Below, one piece after another: positions 13,601 to 28,600 of a DNA stretch of 64,000 bases (within the stretch, counting starts at the first letter, position 1; each line of letters starts with the position of its first letter). Source of the stretch: Lingula anatina (taxonomy: Eukaryota; Animalia; Brachiopoda); contig CM120642.1 in NCBI GenBank assembly GCA_051362555.1, positions 20,584,001 through 20,648,000 on the forward strand, written 5' to 3'. The notes below the pieces were generated by a model that saw only the letters and a program-made list of their open reading frames with translations, was not told the origin of the DNA and did not search any database. Both the position numbers and the translations under genes were made by a program.

Positions 13601-16600
13601 TTGACCTGCCTATTATGAATATTCAGCAGTTCTGTAAGTTTCAAGGCAAAAGGTAAAATGGTTTTCCACTTATCGTGTTATCGGTGCTGCATATATGCTG
13701 AAACATGACAGCACTGTTCTGCAATGGGTTTTCTTCCATTTTTAAAACACTTTTTTAACATAAAACAAAATAAACAGTTTACTACCATTTGTATATGACC
13801 AACTAAGAAAATTGATGAGATGGGAAAAATATCAATAGAACAGTGTTAAATGTCCAATTTCCTCCATTCTGAGATTCTGAAGAGAGTAGATGATTGAATC
13901 TGACAAACTGCAATGATATGAGTTTATTTCCATTTTTGACACTTTATTACACAATACACGATATCAAGTTTACCATCATTTTTACAAAATCAACTAACAA
14001 TGTCATAAAGATGCAGGAAATGTCAAACAAACACTTTTACGTATCTTATTAGTTCAATAATGACACTGTTAACATGCCTAACAATTGAATCTGAGGAAAT
14101 GTGAAAAAACAGCATAACTTCTAAAATAATGGCCTGATTATGCTGATTTTGGAACTCAACCTGCGTTTTAGTAAGATTGACCACTCCTGTAAGTATAATG
14201 ACAATTGGCCTATCTGTTTTTCTTATATTGTGTTATCAGTGCTGCATATATGTTGAAAAAAGTGAAAAAATAGCATAACTCCCCTAAAAATGGCCCGATC
14301 ATGCTGATTTTCGAACTTGACCTGCGGATTATGAATATTCATCAGTTTTGTAAGTTTCAGGCCAAAAAGTAAAATGGTTTTCCACTTATCGTGTTATCGG
14401 TGCTGCATATATGCTGAAAAAAGTGAAAAAACAGCATAACTTCCCTACAAGTCACCCAATCATGCTGATTTTCGAACTTGACCTGCGTATTATGAATATT
14501 CATCAATTCTGTAAGTTTCAAGCTGAAATAAAAAACAGTTTTCCACTTATCGTGTTATCGGTAAAAGTGCACGACGGCAAGGACGGCGACGACGGCGACG
14601 ACGGCGACGACAGACGCAGATGATGGCTATATGTACAGACACATCTGTGTCTGTACATAAAAATTAGTAACATCATCTTAATTTAAGTTGTGATGTTCAA
14701 TCATACTTTTAGAGCAATGTTGATACTCTAACCATTATATAATGAGTTTTCAGTCCCATTATTTATTTGTAACTTCCCCCGGTTTCTTTATTGGTCATTA
14801 GCCACTACTAAACTTCTAAATCTCATTTAACTTTGATTTTTTGCTGATAGCTAAAATGATAGTTCAGCAGCAAGCACTTCAAATAAGAGAACATTTCATG
14901 ACAGTTTTTATCGTAGTACAAAAAAATATGACCAGATCAATAACAGTTGGCAGACTTACAATATTATGATCATGGTAGTAAATCCAGAGAGGTTTCACAT
15001 TGGCTCTTTCATAGTGAAACCTGCTGTCTTCAGGAATAAAGATCACCTCCCCTGCTTCTATGACCCCATCAAATGTACTGTTGATTCTGAAATCTTGAGA
15101 CAGCACTTTACCCTGCAACAAAAGCATGTAACAGTTTGTTTGAACTATTTCATGTGTTAAAGTGTTCAGTGCAGGTTATTTTGTAATTCAATACCTATTC
15201 CTCATCTAAAATATGCAATTTAAACGATGTTTTATTTATATATACTATATAAGCCAAAAATCTTTTTGACAAAACAGGCAATGGTCCATCTGCATTAAGC
15301 ACTTCTAATTTCAAGCCAAAGTCTCATCTTGAATGATTTAAAGAAAAGAGAAGTTTTTGCCATATTTGTCCACTTACTGGGAAGGCATTTTCAAACATGA
15401 GAACCTCTGGCACTGCCATCAGGCCTCCCTCCACAGTCATCAGTGTGAGAGGAATATACTGGGTCTGAAATCCAACATTTTATTCTAGTAGAAAAAGTGG
15501 CATCATAAATTGTTCACACTGAGAATATTATTCAAATTATACCAAGTGTGTGTGACTTTAATTCTATGCAACTAAATTTCTCAACAAATGATGAGTGATG
15601 CAATTAACTGACCCATAAAGAAATTAACTTTGCCACAACAGCCTTTGTCCTTTCAATCACAAAAAAATGGCTATGTGCTTCCTTCAGCTTATTCCACTCC
15701 TTGCACCAGTTTTGTGCTTTGGTGAAATGAAATACACATCATTTCTTGTGTAAAGATAGAAATATATTGAAATTGTTTCTAAGTAGACTGGGGAGCTTCT
15801 TTTCTCTTACCTCAAAATTTGTATAAATTAGCACCTCGGCAGCGTAACTGCCTTCTTCATCTGGAGCATGCAGGTTGACGCGGAATACTGCAAAATGGTA
15901 CGGTTTTAGCACAAGCTGGAAGAGACAAGTATGGGTGTCACCATGGAAACCAAGCAGTAGGATATGTTCAGTAGGAATGTTAGGTAAAAGAATCAAGGTA
16001 AACAGAGAGACATGATATGAAAAATATTACAAAATCCTAGTCTCAACTCCCCTGAATAGCCCCAATACAAAACACTACACTTAACTTATTTCTCTATAAA
16101 CCCAATGCTGCCACTTCTCTGCATCATGAAAACAGGAATAAAAATGAATATTTTTGTAGTAGTTGACATTTACAACAGTTCCTATTCCAGGCCACTTACT
16201 GGGCTTGTGTCTATCTCTGATACATTGTGTTCTCGTGTAAGTGCTGTTCCATTGCCTTTTTCCACCCCCAGTAATTCCACTGTAGTTCTAAGCATATTGG
16301 AACTAAACTCATATATAGTGACCTGAAAACCATATTAAATAAATAATATGTTACAATTTAAGAATTATACTATTTGAATGCAAATGCTTACAAATAATCA
16401 AGTCCACTTCTTGCTATTTTTAATGAGGAAAATTGTTTTGAATTGCCCCCCAAAAATCTACAGTTCTCTCGTTACTAAACAGAACTGACAAACAAGAATA
16501 ACTGAAAAATGTTTTAATTCATTTTTGAAATATTTTCTACATCTACTACATTCAACAATCTTTGTTTCTATTACAATATATCCCATGCTGTCCCAGCATT

Positions 16601-19600
16601 CCATACACTTACATCTATAGGGTTATCATTGCGCAGTGTGAAAGTTAACTTCCGCCTGTCTCCCACACCCATCACACCAAAGTCAAGCTGCCCTTTGAAC
16701 ACCTCCGGTCTGTGATGTATTACCTGAAACAGAATTGTACTTTATTTAGATCATAACTAAAGAAAACACTCATATTCATGCTTTTTAACTATCTACTGAA
16801 CCCTGTGTTACAATCATTATACAATGCTGGCAGAGGCACAGCATTTTTAGTGAAGTTTTTATGTTTTGTCAATTACACCCAGCTCTTATGACTCTTTTAA
16901 AATATTGTATTTTGAAAATTTAACTGTGACATATTACTGCAATGATTGCACTATACTATGTAAAATTTATATATCAAGTTGTTTTTATTTTCCAATCCTG
17001 TTTTGGTTTTTAGTAAGAAGGCGACTTACAATGACCAAATTTCATCAAGCAATAATAAGAAAGTTCATCTAAAAAATTGTGCAGTTCTGGAAACAATGCC
17101 CACATTTTGTTGAACTCTACCTTAAGTTTCCCATTGTAAACCCTCAATGGTATGAAGAATACGGAGGCATTGGTGTAAACTCTGACAGGACCGGTGAAGT
17201 GCAGGTCAGAAGAATTGGGGTGAAACTTCAACTGAAATGGTACTACTGTCTCCCGGGGTGGGACTAGCATTGGATGGGTAAAATTCAGTACCTAAAAAAT
17301 ACATCAAAAATATCATCACCATGTGGCTGCCAGCTTAAAATAACTACTTTTAAAAAAATGTACATACACTGACAATAGTAGGCTGTGCCAAATTCTATAA
17401 TTATATCAACATAAACAGAGTTTTAACACTTTGCATGTAAAATTTTATCTTCCTTTGAGTGAAGTTTTTTTTTTAACAAAAAATATTCTGTAAACCATTC
17501 AGTACAGTACAGCAACATCTGTATCCAGATTTTTTTAAACAAATGTACAAACATGTCATCTTCCTTTCTCGTGGTTTATTCCATTTGACTGTATTTGCAA
17601 CGAACTTATGTATAAATTTTATGAAGATAACTTACTGTAAAGTATTCCCTAATATTAGGTGGTAATGTGACATTGTATATAACCAGTGTAAAGTTGAAGG
17701 TATTTGTCAATGGTAAAGACACAGTGACATTCTTTGGTGGTGATTTCTTGCTGCCTACATAAAATTCTGTACTCGCCAGCTCATAAACCAAGGACCTGAA
17801 ACGCATTTAACAACATCGCATTATTTGCATAAAATTAAATTAAATATACAACTTTACATGAAAAAACATTGTATCTTATTTATAAACTGAAAATATCAAT
17901 TAGTTGAAAGACACCGTATGCTTTCTCTTACCCATGTAGAACTTCTGCCTCATAGGGTATATATAAACGATGATGGTTGTTCTTGGATTTAACCAGGATA
18001 CGACCAGAATACTGTTTTGGGTTGAGACCTTTTGATGCTGCAAACAACAAGAAACACACATAACAGTGGATTTTGATGTATCACAGCTACAAGTTCTACA
18101 TTCATCAAAATGATCCTCGGCCTAATTTTACGTTTATCTAGAGAGTATTTTTATCTTTAGGATAAAGTAGAAAGCAGACATGAAAAAATGGTAGGTAAAA
18201 TTCACTGTCTAATTATAAGTGCTGGTAAAACAATTTGTTCAGAGAACATATAACAATAGTAAGAAGTCTAAATTCTCGTAATGAAGTTCTATATTAAAAG
18301 AGACATTTGGTTGGGGGAAAAATGCCTGTGTCTGTCTGTGTGTCTGTCTATGTGTCCGTCCGTGTCCCCCTCACCTGTATATGTAATGGTGGCTACTGTT
18401 GTTGGCTGTAAAACATCAGGCTGAATTTTGATTGGTCGGAAATCTATGCTGACTGCGTCATTCGGTGGAAATAATGAGACACTCTGCAAGGAAAAAATGG
18501 ATTCAGTTAAAAAGAAATCCCCTTTTGATTTTCGAAATACTTTGAAAACAAAGAATTAACACATTTTTAGTTCAGCTTCTGTAACAGTAGTATTTTACTA
18601 TTAAATGTTTTTGAGGAGCATATCACAAAAAATTAAGATGAACTTGTTATACCAATAAATATACTTAATTCTGCAAAACAACACTAGTTATTTGTGTTAT
18701 TTGTTGTATTTCTTTTTTCTTCAAAATAAACTGCATAATGTTATAAATTGACTGCTTGTTTAAAAAAATCCACTCACTTGAATATGAACTGCCTTTGTTC
18801 CTGAGTTGACTAAATTTAATCTCAAACTTCTGGGACTATCATGCGTCCTTAAAATGCCAAAATCTAACAGTTCATAGGGACAATAAAGTCCTGGTGCTGA
18901 AAATACAAGGTGCAAAATAAATGTGGGTTTTAATTTCATACTACACAGTGTTAGAAATTAAGGCTGGACCGTCTGCCCGGGGCTGACAACTTTCAGAACG
19001 GGCTGAGAAGTTTTCGCACCAGGCAGACATTCAGTCCAGTTATTTTTCAAGATGGCTGGACTTTTGGTCCAGCAACTTATTTTCCAAAGAGGCAAACACT
19101 GATACTACACATTTACTATCTACTTTAAGTGACAACTTTCTTAGTCATCATAAATGAAGTATTCTGTTATCGTTAACCCGTAACAAGTTCTTACTGGAAT
19201 CAAATTCCAAACTAAGAAGAAAAAAAGAACACCACAGTATGACTGAACAGACAAACAGATGTATCAGATCAAGACAGAAGTTACAGCTATGAAATTTCAT
19301 TTCACGTCATCGAACAAAGCAAGGACATTATAAGCCGAATTTAGCAGAGATAATATATCATGTAATCCTGTGCTCAGCAGTATGAGAAATGTCATCAGTT
19401 GGTGGTCACTATCCTTTCACTCTAATATCTAATCCTCACGACACGAAAAGAAGTTGTAAGCAATAAGCTTGACATGCTATGGGAGACACTCTCACCATAG
19501 ATGCCCTGCAATTTTCCAAGAATCATGACGTTCAGAAACAAAACAAAAACTTGACGAAAGGATATGATACTCTTGGTATTCTATCAAGCAGAATGAAATA

Positions 19601-22600
19601 ATACATTCGTAGAGAAAAACTAATCAAAAATATCATGAAAATAGACTTGAACATGTCTCCAAGATCATAATTCTTTTGACGTCTATCTAACGCGTGCTTC
19701 ACGTATGCAACCTGAACCCATCATCAAACATGCAACCAGTTTTATGACAAGCCATATCAAATGTTAATTAACTTCCCACACTTTAAGCTTAATATACAGG
19801 TGGAAGAAGTTAAATATAAGCCTGTATTATTTTCTTAGAAGAATAAACCCACAAGCACACTCCTTATATTACAGTGTGGTCTGATAACAGCTAGCCACAA
19901 ATTAATGAAAACAACACCCAAAGGTTGTAAAAAATTACAGTTTTTTTTTTTTTTTTCAATTTAACTAGCTAGCACATTGGTTAATTTTTACATATCAATG
20001 GGATTTCAGATAAAAAAGAAACCTTAATCGCTTTGAAAGCCATTTATCAGCTTATCAGGTGCTGAAAATTCCAGACATAAGTTATTTTTCATGCCCCATG
20101 ACTGAAAATGCGTGTACTTTCTGTCCAAAATAGCCAATTAAAAAATGTCTGTCCAGCTGAACCGTTACCTGAGGAGACCTCCACTTCCACTGGTAAGACT
20201 AACATTTGCTTCTTCTCGTCCTTACTCGTCTTGATGCGGATAAATGCTGTATGGTTGTTCTCGTTCCTCCCTACAAAGCTGGCCCGCATCACTGGTTTAG
20301 TTTCGTAGGGAGGAATCTCCTAAAATGTGCAAGGAAAAATAGACAAAAAAAGCTTTTCTGCCATAAAAAGCATCATATTCTGCACCAAAATTAATCTTTC
20401 AGACACCCAACATAAAAAATCCCCAGCCGTCTGTTTTCTCCAACTGCTGATGGTAACAGTTTCAACATTCACAGATTTGCCAGATATAACTACATCAAAA
20501 CTATTGATCTTACTGTAAAAGTTCATTACTCATTTATATTCATTTCCTTAATACAATCTTAACGAACCTGGTTATTTTCAGAGCTCAGTGACAGAATCAA
20601 TTGTCAAATTGTATATTGTTTATTTTACATATTTGTACTTTCTATATACCATCCTTGATGAAGAAAGGTCTAAAAGGGAAATGTCCAAGTTGAATTCTTA
20701 ACAATGAAAATATATGAACATACATTGATTCTTGCACATCAGGATTATACAATGCATGTACTTTGATTTATGAAAATCAGGAATATGCATACAATGCAGG
20801 TATGTGTTCAGTGTCTCTACTCCATGAAGCTGATGGTGATGTATAAAGGGCTTTAAGTGCTTACCCATAAATTTTTAGGAGCTTCTTTTTCTCCAGTGGG
20901 CAACTCTAGATGGAGGTCTCCCCCGCTGGCATACATTTCGACCACCTGGAATATCAGACAATTATGTGACTGTTAGATAATTACAAACAAAAGACATGGC
21001 AACCATTCATACTCACAAAGTCATCTCAGTTACAAAGATCAAACTGGTTGAATTCACCATATTTTTGTTACTGGCAAAAAGACAGACAGACATGGTCAAA
21101 ATGCCTGAGCTTCATTCAAAGACCCACAAAAAAATTTAATGCCTCCAGTTTTTTACATGCAGTACATGCACTTTTTTCCTTTTCCTCTTTTTCTGGATTT
21201 TTTCATGAAAGTAATATGATTTAAAACTAATTCTATCATGTAACATTTAAATTTGCTTCTTTTAATAGTTTAAGAATAATTTTCTTTATTTGCTGAATAA
21301 AAATGTGGTGAAATTCCAACAATGTATAACTTTTAAAAGCAACTGAATCTACTGAACATCTTTTCCACAGAAATATTGTCTTATATGGCCCTGGCTGGAA
21401 TCTGCCACCTTAAAATTGAACCTTGTTTTTCAACAGCTATTGTTTATTTCTTGTTTACCATGTGCGACACAACTGTAAGGGATTAATTAGGTGGCTTTAC
21501 TGAACAAAACAGATCTTATTTCAAAACATTTTTTAATTTTTTAATTTTTAAAAAAACTATGATATTTCAATGTCAGATATTAAAAAAAAGCTCTAAATCC
21601 CATAATACATAAAATCCACTGTTGCTCCCAACTTTCCTTTAAAATGTTTATATTGATAAAATGAAGCTGTGTGCCAAGTTTGCTAGTTCTATTCATCACA
21701 AAATCTAAAGCGATACTTGACCTTATTATGTGCATTAATAATCAATATATTCATCAAGCAAATATCATAATCAAGTGAGACCGAGTTTGTTTGCAGATGG
21801 TTTTAAAATTATTTACCACCTTGAGAAAAAAAAGTGTGCTGCATTCCCCTCGGGGAAACCCATTGCCTCAAACCATTTGCATGGAACATTCCTAATTAAT
21901 GTTTTGTTTTTTTTTTAGTTCACTCAAGAATTTGTTGATTTCACGTGAAAAAATGATGACATTTAAGTATTACTAAGTTAAACTCAATAATAAAATATAG
22001 AATACAGCTTCCAGTTACTTATCAAACAATTGAAGATTTTTTAGAGAAGAAAACTGGTAAACCAAAAATTCCCATGAAAATTTATAAACTTAAATTGTCA
22101 CATATTTGTTTTGTTGGTATCAGCTGGTGAAAACAGTAGATACAGAGTTCAGAAATGAAATAAATGCCTCTCTCTATCTCTCTTCCATTCTCTCTTTCTC
22201 TCTTCCTCTATCTCTCTGGTGATGTTTGAATGCATGCAATCAACACATTAACAAAACGAGGAAAACAATTGTCCCAAACCACGGAACAATCAAGCTGAAT
22301 CCAGAGAGCCACGTCTCCATCACCTGTGCTCCCTCCCTATTGCCTAACCCATCACACAAAACAAAGCTGACTGCATAGCAATCATCATTTAAAAGCATCC
22401 AAAGGATGCTACAACACTCAGAACTCTCATCGGTTTAAAGGCAAGTGGAAAAGCTTTCTGATTCCCTAATAGAAATCACCTCTGTCACGCAATTTCTACC
22501 TATTCATTTTTTCTGAATGTTGAGTGGATCCTATGGTGGCTCCCCCTAATGTCTTCTCTCCACCTTATTTGCACTTGACGTGATAAACGCAATTTTCTTT

Positions 22601-25600
22601 AGTAACAGCAGATACCTCGCAGATGAATTTACTTAATCTTGGTCATTAGGGTAAGAAGGTCGAGCAAAGTGCACCTCTAGGATTAAAACTGCACAAAGCT
22701 TTAAATCTGCTAAATTCATTTAATTCCAATTCTGTGCAATTCTATGATGGAAGTAACGTTTGGAAGTACTAACCTTGCTTATTTCTGCTATAAGTCTGAA
22801 TATGTCACATATATTTTATTTTCATGTCCACTAATGTCCATTTTCCATTAGCTCACAAGGTCTTGGGTCTACTTCACCAAAGATTAGACTAAAAGTCACA
22901 CATGATAAGCTGTCACATTCAAACCTACCACACTATCACACCTACCACACTTTCACATCTACCACACTGTGACAGCAGACTTGGTGGCAATGACACCATC
23001 TTTTGTCTGACCCTCTTTTAACCAAAGCTAATTTAACTCACGGCTCATACATGGCTGAAACATGTAACATTGCTCCCTATTCTCCTAAATATGCACCGCA
23101 TTGGTTTTGATTTTCAAAACTGTTGCTGAGGACTTACCTGTAAAGCAGTACTGTGAGGATTGTGCATGTGTATAAGTGGAGAGAAACTGCTATTGAGGGG
23201 CACCCTGGCCCCTAGAAAGGGCCGTAATCTGTAGGGGTTAGGGATACCCACTCCAAATACCTGAAACAGTAGAAGTAATCATATCATAACAATGCACTGC
23301 TGTAGCACAAATATAATGTACTTAAGAGAATAAACGACTTAGGATTAATATAAAGAACTATGGAAATCTTAACCACAGTAATCTTTAAGGCAATTAAGAG
23401 CAACTTAGTTTTTTTCGACTCTTAGTCATTTACAGGCATTTGAATTCACAGATAGATTACTGCCATGAATATTTACATGGTTATGAAGATGACAAAGTAT
23501 TAATCTCTGACAACAACACTAAGAATCCCATTAATTATTATATAATACCACAGTTTCACGTCTGATCCAGTATAATTATGATAACTCTCTGTAGGCGTGT
23601 AACACCCAGGTATAGCTGGTATAATAGACCATAGTTACATGTGATTATTGCTGTTTACTTCAAAATTAATACATCCTCACAGCGGAAATCATTTGTGTTA
23701 GTAAAGAGGCTTATCTCCCTGAACTCATTCAAGGGCAACAAACAAGTTGAGGGCAGCTGTAGAGGTAAGATGACAATTAAGGACAGGCCTTATTTTTTTG
23801 CTGTCTAAAACTTTCCCGGTGCAAAGATTCTTTCACCATAACTGTTCAAAAATTAACCCCACTTCGCACACATTCTTGCAAGTTTTTAAGTTTCCTATAA
23901 CGTCAGATGGCCCCTATTGTGTAAATGTTGGTTGTTCTATCCCACACGTGTCTGGGTTATCGTTGTGAAGATCTGACAAGTTTGCCTCGAACATGCATGT
24001 GACATGTCACTCTGTTGAATGCAGCAAATCATCTCAATCTTTTTGGAGAATGTTTTCTTCCAAGATGGTTCAGATAACATTCACATCAATTTGGTTTACC
24101 TGATCAAAATGGCTGACTATGTAAGTAGGTGCTAATAAATCACACAGTTGTCAACGTAGCAGTTCTAAAATGACTTCCATCAAATGTTTGTCTTGTTCTT
24201 AATGATTGAAAAACATCTGAAAACGTGTAACCATTGACCAAATAATGTGCAAAATGCATGAAAATCTACCATGTTAGAAGCCTGGAATTCCCTCTCCCAC
24301 TCCGCCCATTCATTTTCAAAGATCTCTTTTGTGATAATTCGCCTGATAAAGTACACTTAAAAAATGCGTTAGCTTTAGAATTATCTCAGTGGGTTTTTTT
24401 TTACCATTGTCACATGAAAACCACATCTTGTTAAACATGAGGTTTATCTGTCTTTTTAAGAACATGTAACTGATAACACAACTAACTCTTCAATTTAACT
24501 CCGCCTACTGGATAACCACTTTGACATGGGAAGTATTCACTTGTTCTACTTCTCAAACCTTACAGTAGACAAAAACATCATAACAAAACAGATATATAAA
24601 AGAGATAAACTTGTTGAATAATTTCCTGCCTAACTAACCATGTTATTTTTTTCTCCCATCATCTACTTATGAGGAAAATCTCAAGGCTCCCATAAATTAA
24701 ATGAATAACACTTGAGCCATTATTAATTTAAATTTATTTTGCTTTCTAATTGGCTATAAATATTTTCATAAAAAAATTCTTTTTTCTATTTCTACCATGA
24801 TTTAGAACTATTAGTGATTTGGTTGATTTAGAAAATACGCTGCAGAAAGTCCAATATCTGATATGGAAGTTGTATTCACCTGAAAGTGTTACTGATATTT
24901 TTCTCACTTTTTATTGCATACATACTTTCTGAAACTTCTCATCATTAGTTTCACCAAGATTTAATGAGTTACTCATCCTGGTGTTATTTTTCTAAAAATA
25001 CCATTGATATGATCCAAATATTGACCAAAATTGTCTATTTATAGTTCACCTGAATGACCTTATTTACGAATCATATCTAAGGAATGTAAATGTAGGCCAT
25101 GGTCCAATACTTAGCCATCTACCCTGTAATTATTAATAATCTTCATGGGGGTGTTGTAAATCATTCAATATCTGACATAAACTAGTTCACTCATGAGAAA
25201 ATTTAAACCTGTTCCATATAATATCTAAAACTAACATTACAAAAATTCTTTCAGATAAATTATTAGATATTTTCTGGTTACAGAAGACAATTCTCTAAGA
25301 TTTTCCATAAATGAATTTTTTTCAAAAAAAAAAAAAAATTCATAATCATAACCCCATGGTCCAACTCCAAGATAACTGTTCATCTTTATAAATAACTATA
25401 ATAATTAGATCTCTGTCGCCTTGACTCCAATGTTCTGAACAATCTTGACGGCAGTAAATACTCCCCACACACACTCACCTGGTATTTGAAGGTGCCCTGG
25501 GATGTATGAATATATAATGTGTTTTCTACATTTCCTACTTGTCTGGCTAAAAATACTACTTCAAATGTTGTGTTGCCTCCAGGAGGAACCAACTGGAAAG

Positions 25601-28600
25601 ACAAAAACAATTCATCACATTGCAGAAAGGACAACAGTAGAAAAAGTGAGGCTTAAAATGCTATACACTGACTTCCCTTGACATTTTTTTAAAATAAATG
25701 ACAAATATCATCAAATAGTATAACATGGGTAATTTTTCCTATAAAAATCTACCACATGAATTAGTGTCTTTGTAAGAAAGAAAAACGCCCTCATGTTTCT
25801 CTTCCCCTTCCGTGACGTTAGCTACAGAGAAACTGTAATTGAATAAATAGAAAGAATAAAGAGAAAATTAACTTTTACTACATAAAAAAATCATGTCTAT
25901 CTACTATAGCATTGGTTTGGTCCTCAACTAATACAGATGACATTTGATCAATAATTAAATAAAACACAAGTTGATTGCATTACTTCATACTGGCAAATAC
26001 AATTTGTATTTGGCATTTGGACTGGCTGAATCCTATAAACTTGGTTAACTCCTGTAAAAATGAAAGCATAACAAATGGGCAGAAAAAAAATCATGCATTT
26101 GCCCATTATTCATTTTGACTTAGGTCTTCCATCATGAGCCATGAATAACACTGTGACAGCTATTCACCTATAGATACAACAAGAAGTCAACCCAAGCTTA
26201 AGCAGAGAATCTATGTCCTGTATTGGAAATGTTTTCATATTTTAACACATACAATTCAGCATGTACTATAATTTTGCTATGTGCTTAACCAGGAATTGAT
26301 GGATAGATAGGCTGTCTATCATTAGTGTATTAAGGGCAATGTCCTATGACTAGAATTGTGTCAACAAGATAGGTCTAGGTGAACAGATACAGAACTTTAC
26401 AGCTGTAAATTTATCAACAGAAAACATCCAGAAGTAAGGGTGTTTTCCCAGAGATTTAGATCGAGCCAGGGATTAAGATTTAGATCAACCTAACTCCCTG
26501 GGGGTTCACACTAAATTGCAGTCAGCCGAGAGCGCACCATAGTTAATTACCCCCTTACAGCTTTCAGTAGGCGGGACAGACGCTTAAGCCGGCTAAGCTG
26601 ACAGTAATTTAGTGAGACTCCCCACAGGGATAGATCGATCTAAAATCTATGGAAATGGGGTCTAAGTTTTGGAAAAATAAAATTAACTTAAGGACGAGAG
26701 TTGTATTTGAGTTACATTTTGAAGACTCAATGTAAATGCCAAAGGGCACCACTATATATCAATTGTCATTTTGTCATTTTAATTCTAAAATTGATATGTG
26801 ATTTAAAGTCATAAAATGGAGTAATGCAGTCAACCTGATCATGATAATCTAAACAGAAGCTGTTACACTGACAAAACTGTTTGTAAACTGAGCAAATATA
26901 CTCCGTCAGTAACACTTGTTTGGGTGTTAAAAAGTCTGGAATGAAAAAAGCAATACGCTGGATTCTTGGACAGCAGTCGTACGTCATCATTTTGGAGAAT
27001 GGTTCGTCAAACGTGGCTTCGTCTCATCACACAATGTAGCATCAAATTAAATGCAGCCACATCAGTGGTCTCAATTTATTCATCAAGGAACGGAAATTAA
27101 TCATTTCTCAGTTATCACCAATCATGGTCAATGACAAACATTTTGATTCTACTCGGTAAATATCTACATGGGAATGAAATATTATTCAATAATCTATCAT
27201 TGTTTCATGCTGATATTTGTGATACTCATAAAATGTCAATGAAACTGATCATTAAATTATCAAAATGATCAGTTCAAATCCAGCAGAAAAGAACATAAAT
27301 TACACACTATACCTGCAACATTATTTAGGGTATAAAATACAAATGAAAAGCACTTAAAATTGTGAAGAAATGAACTATGCCACATAGTTGTCAGCAACCT
27401 GAACTCGTTAGCCTAGCTAGTATTTATATTTACAGTCATGCATTTCTCTCAAATGACAAAACCAAACTCTTACCACAATTCAACCAACAAAGTCACCCTC
27501 GTGTCAAGCAGCTGATATTCATAGATGTCTCGCAGTAATATTGACAGCATCGAGTTTTACAGTAACAGCACGGACCTGATCAATGAAAATGATCTAAAGC
27601 AGACTACTCACCTTATCTTGAAAAAATGAACAATGGAAATGTAGTGTGCTCCCAGATATTGATAAAAGGTGCAAGCTGTTTATTGTGTCTGGGTTGTGAA
27701 CTGTTACTGTTTCCATGTGTGGCATCCCCACCGCACTGAAATAGACAAGAGTGTAAGGTAACTAAGTGAAAGCAGCAAATCTACTATTCTTCACAGTTTA
27801 TATAATCATGTGTGTATGTGTGTGTGTGCGCGCACATGTGTGCGCGCATGCATGCATGTCCCTGGACACTCCAGCATTCTCTTACACTTTATACCACAAG
27901 GGATAGCAAGAACAAGACACCAACACATTTTTCACCTCCCACACATTAACGTTAAGCATGAATACGAGTAACGTTGACACCGTTTATTTTTTGTTCTCAA
28001 CATCTATCATGGTATATGTTACAGACAAAAGACATTTTTGTTACAGACAAAAAACATTTTTACAATAATATTTCTTCTTCTTATAAATAGAATATACAAA
28101 ACCACAAGGTTATTCATAACTATTACTGTTGGAGAGGTACCATGTTATAATCACAAACTGTAAAATGTATGCAGTTTTGATTTATTTATTTCTTAGATTG
28201 AGTGCATGTTTTGCTATGAATATGGAATAGGTCTTGTTTATATTTATTGATTGTTTGAAGAGGTGAGAATGCTATTTTGGGGTATTATTTCCTGTTTAAA
28301 GCACTGTATATACACATGTCACTTTTATCGAAGCAGTAACAACCTCCTGTCAATATACAGTTATTACTAAATGTTGTGCAGTTGTATTATCTTAAATTAT
28401 GCATAAATATTCCAAATAGATCAATTAGTTGGTACATATTGATGTGACAATTGGATAATTAAACGAGGGCATTTGGATTCTCAGCTAAGCAGGTTATACT
28501 TTCAGGTATTTATCTGTACCTGAGAACGTCAAACTGAAAATACACCTGTATGACTTCAGCGGAAAAAAAAATTTTTTTTTCAAGTCGTTATCTATTTTTG

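Larger units (their letters stand above)
10033..14663 (+). mobile_element. Non-autonomous Helentron/HINE-like element, 4.6-kb composite copy in TMEM131 intron 19
   Basis: 5' end AACAAGGCAGCAAAGCTGTCAAATGTACAGAC, internal ~160-bp tandem arrays, (GACGGC)n at ~14572-14612, and 3' hairpin ATGTACAGACAC-atct-GTGTCTGTACAT plus A-run. The same ends recur at 41723-43222 and 47279-47653. Confidence 0.75.

Noticed and set aside
13051-14561. Regular ~160-bp repeats as a possible CRISPR array
   Set aside because: No unique spacers, the whole unit is repeated, the context is eukaryotic and no cas genes are present
14411-14623. Recurring ORFs (also 41640..42016, 42644..42907) with similar peptides
   Set aside because: They recur only because they lie in HINE copies; frames are not conserved
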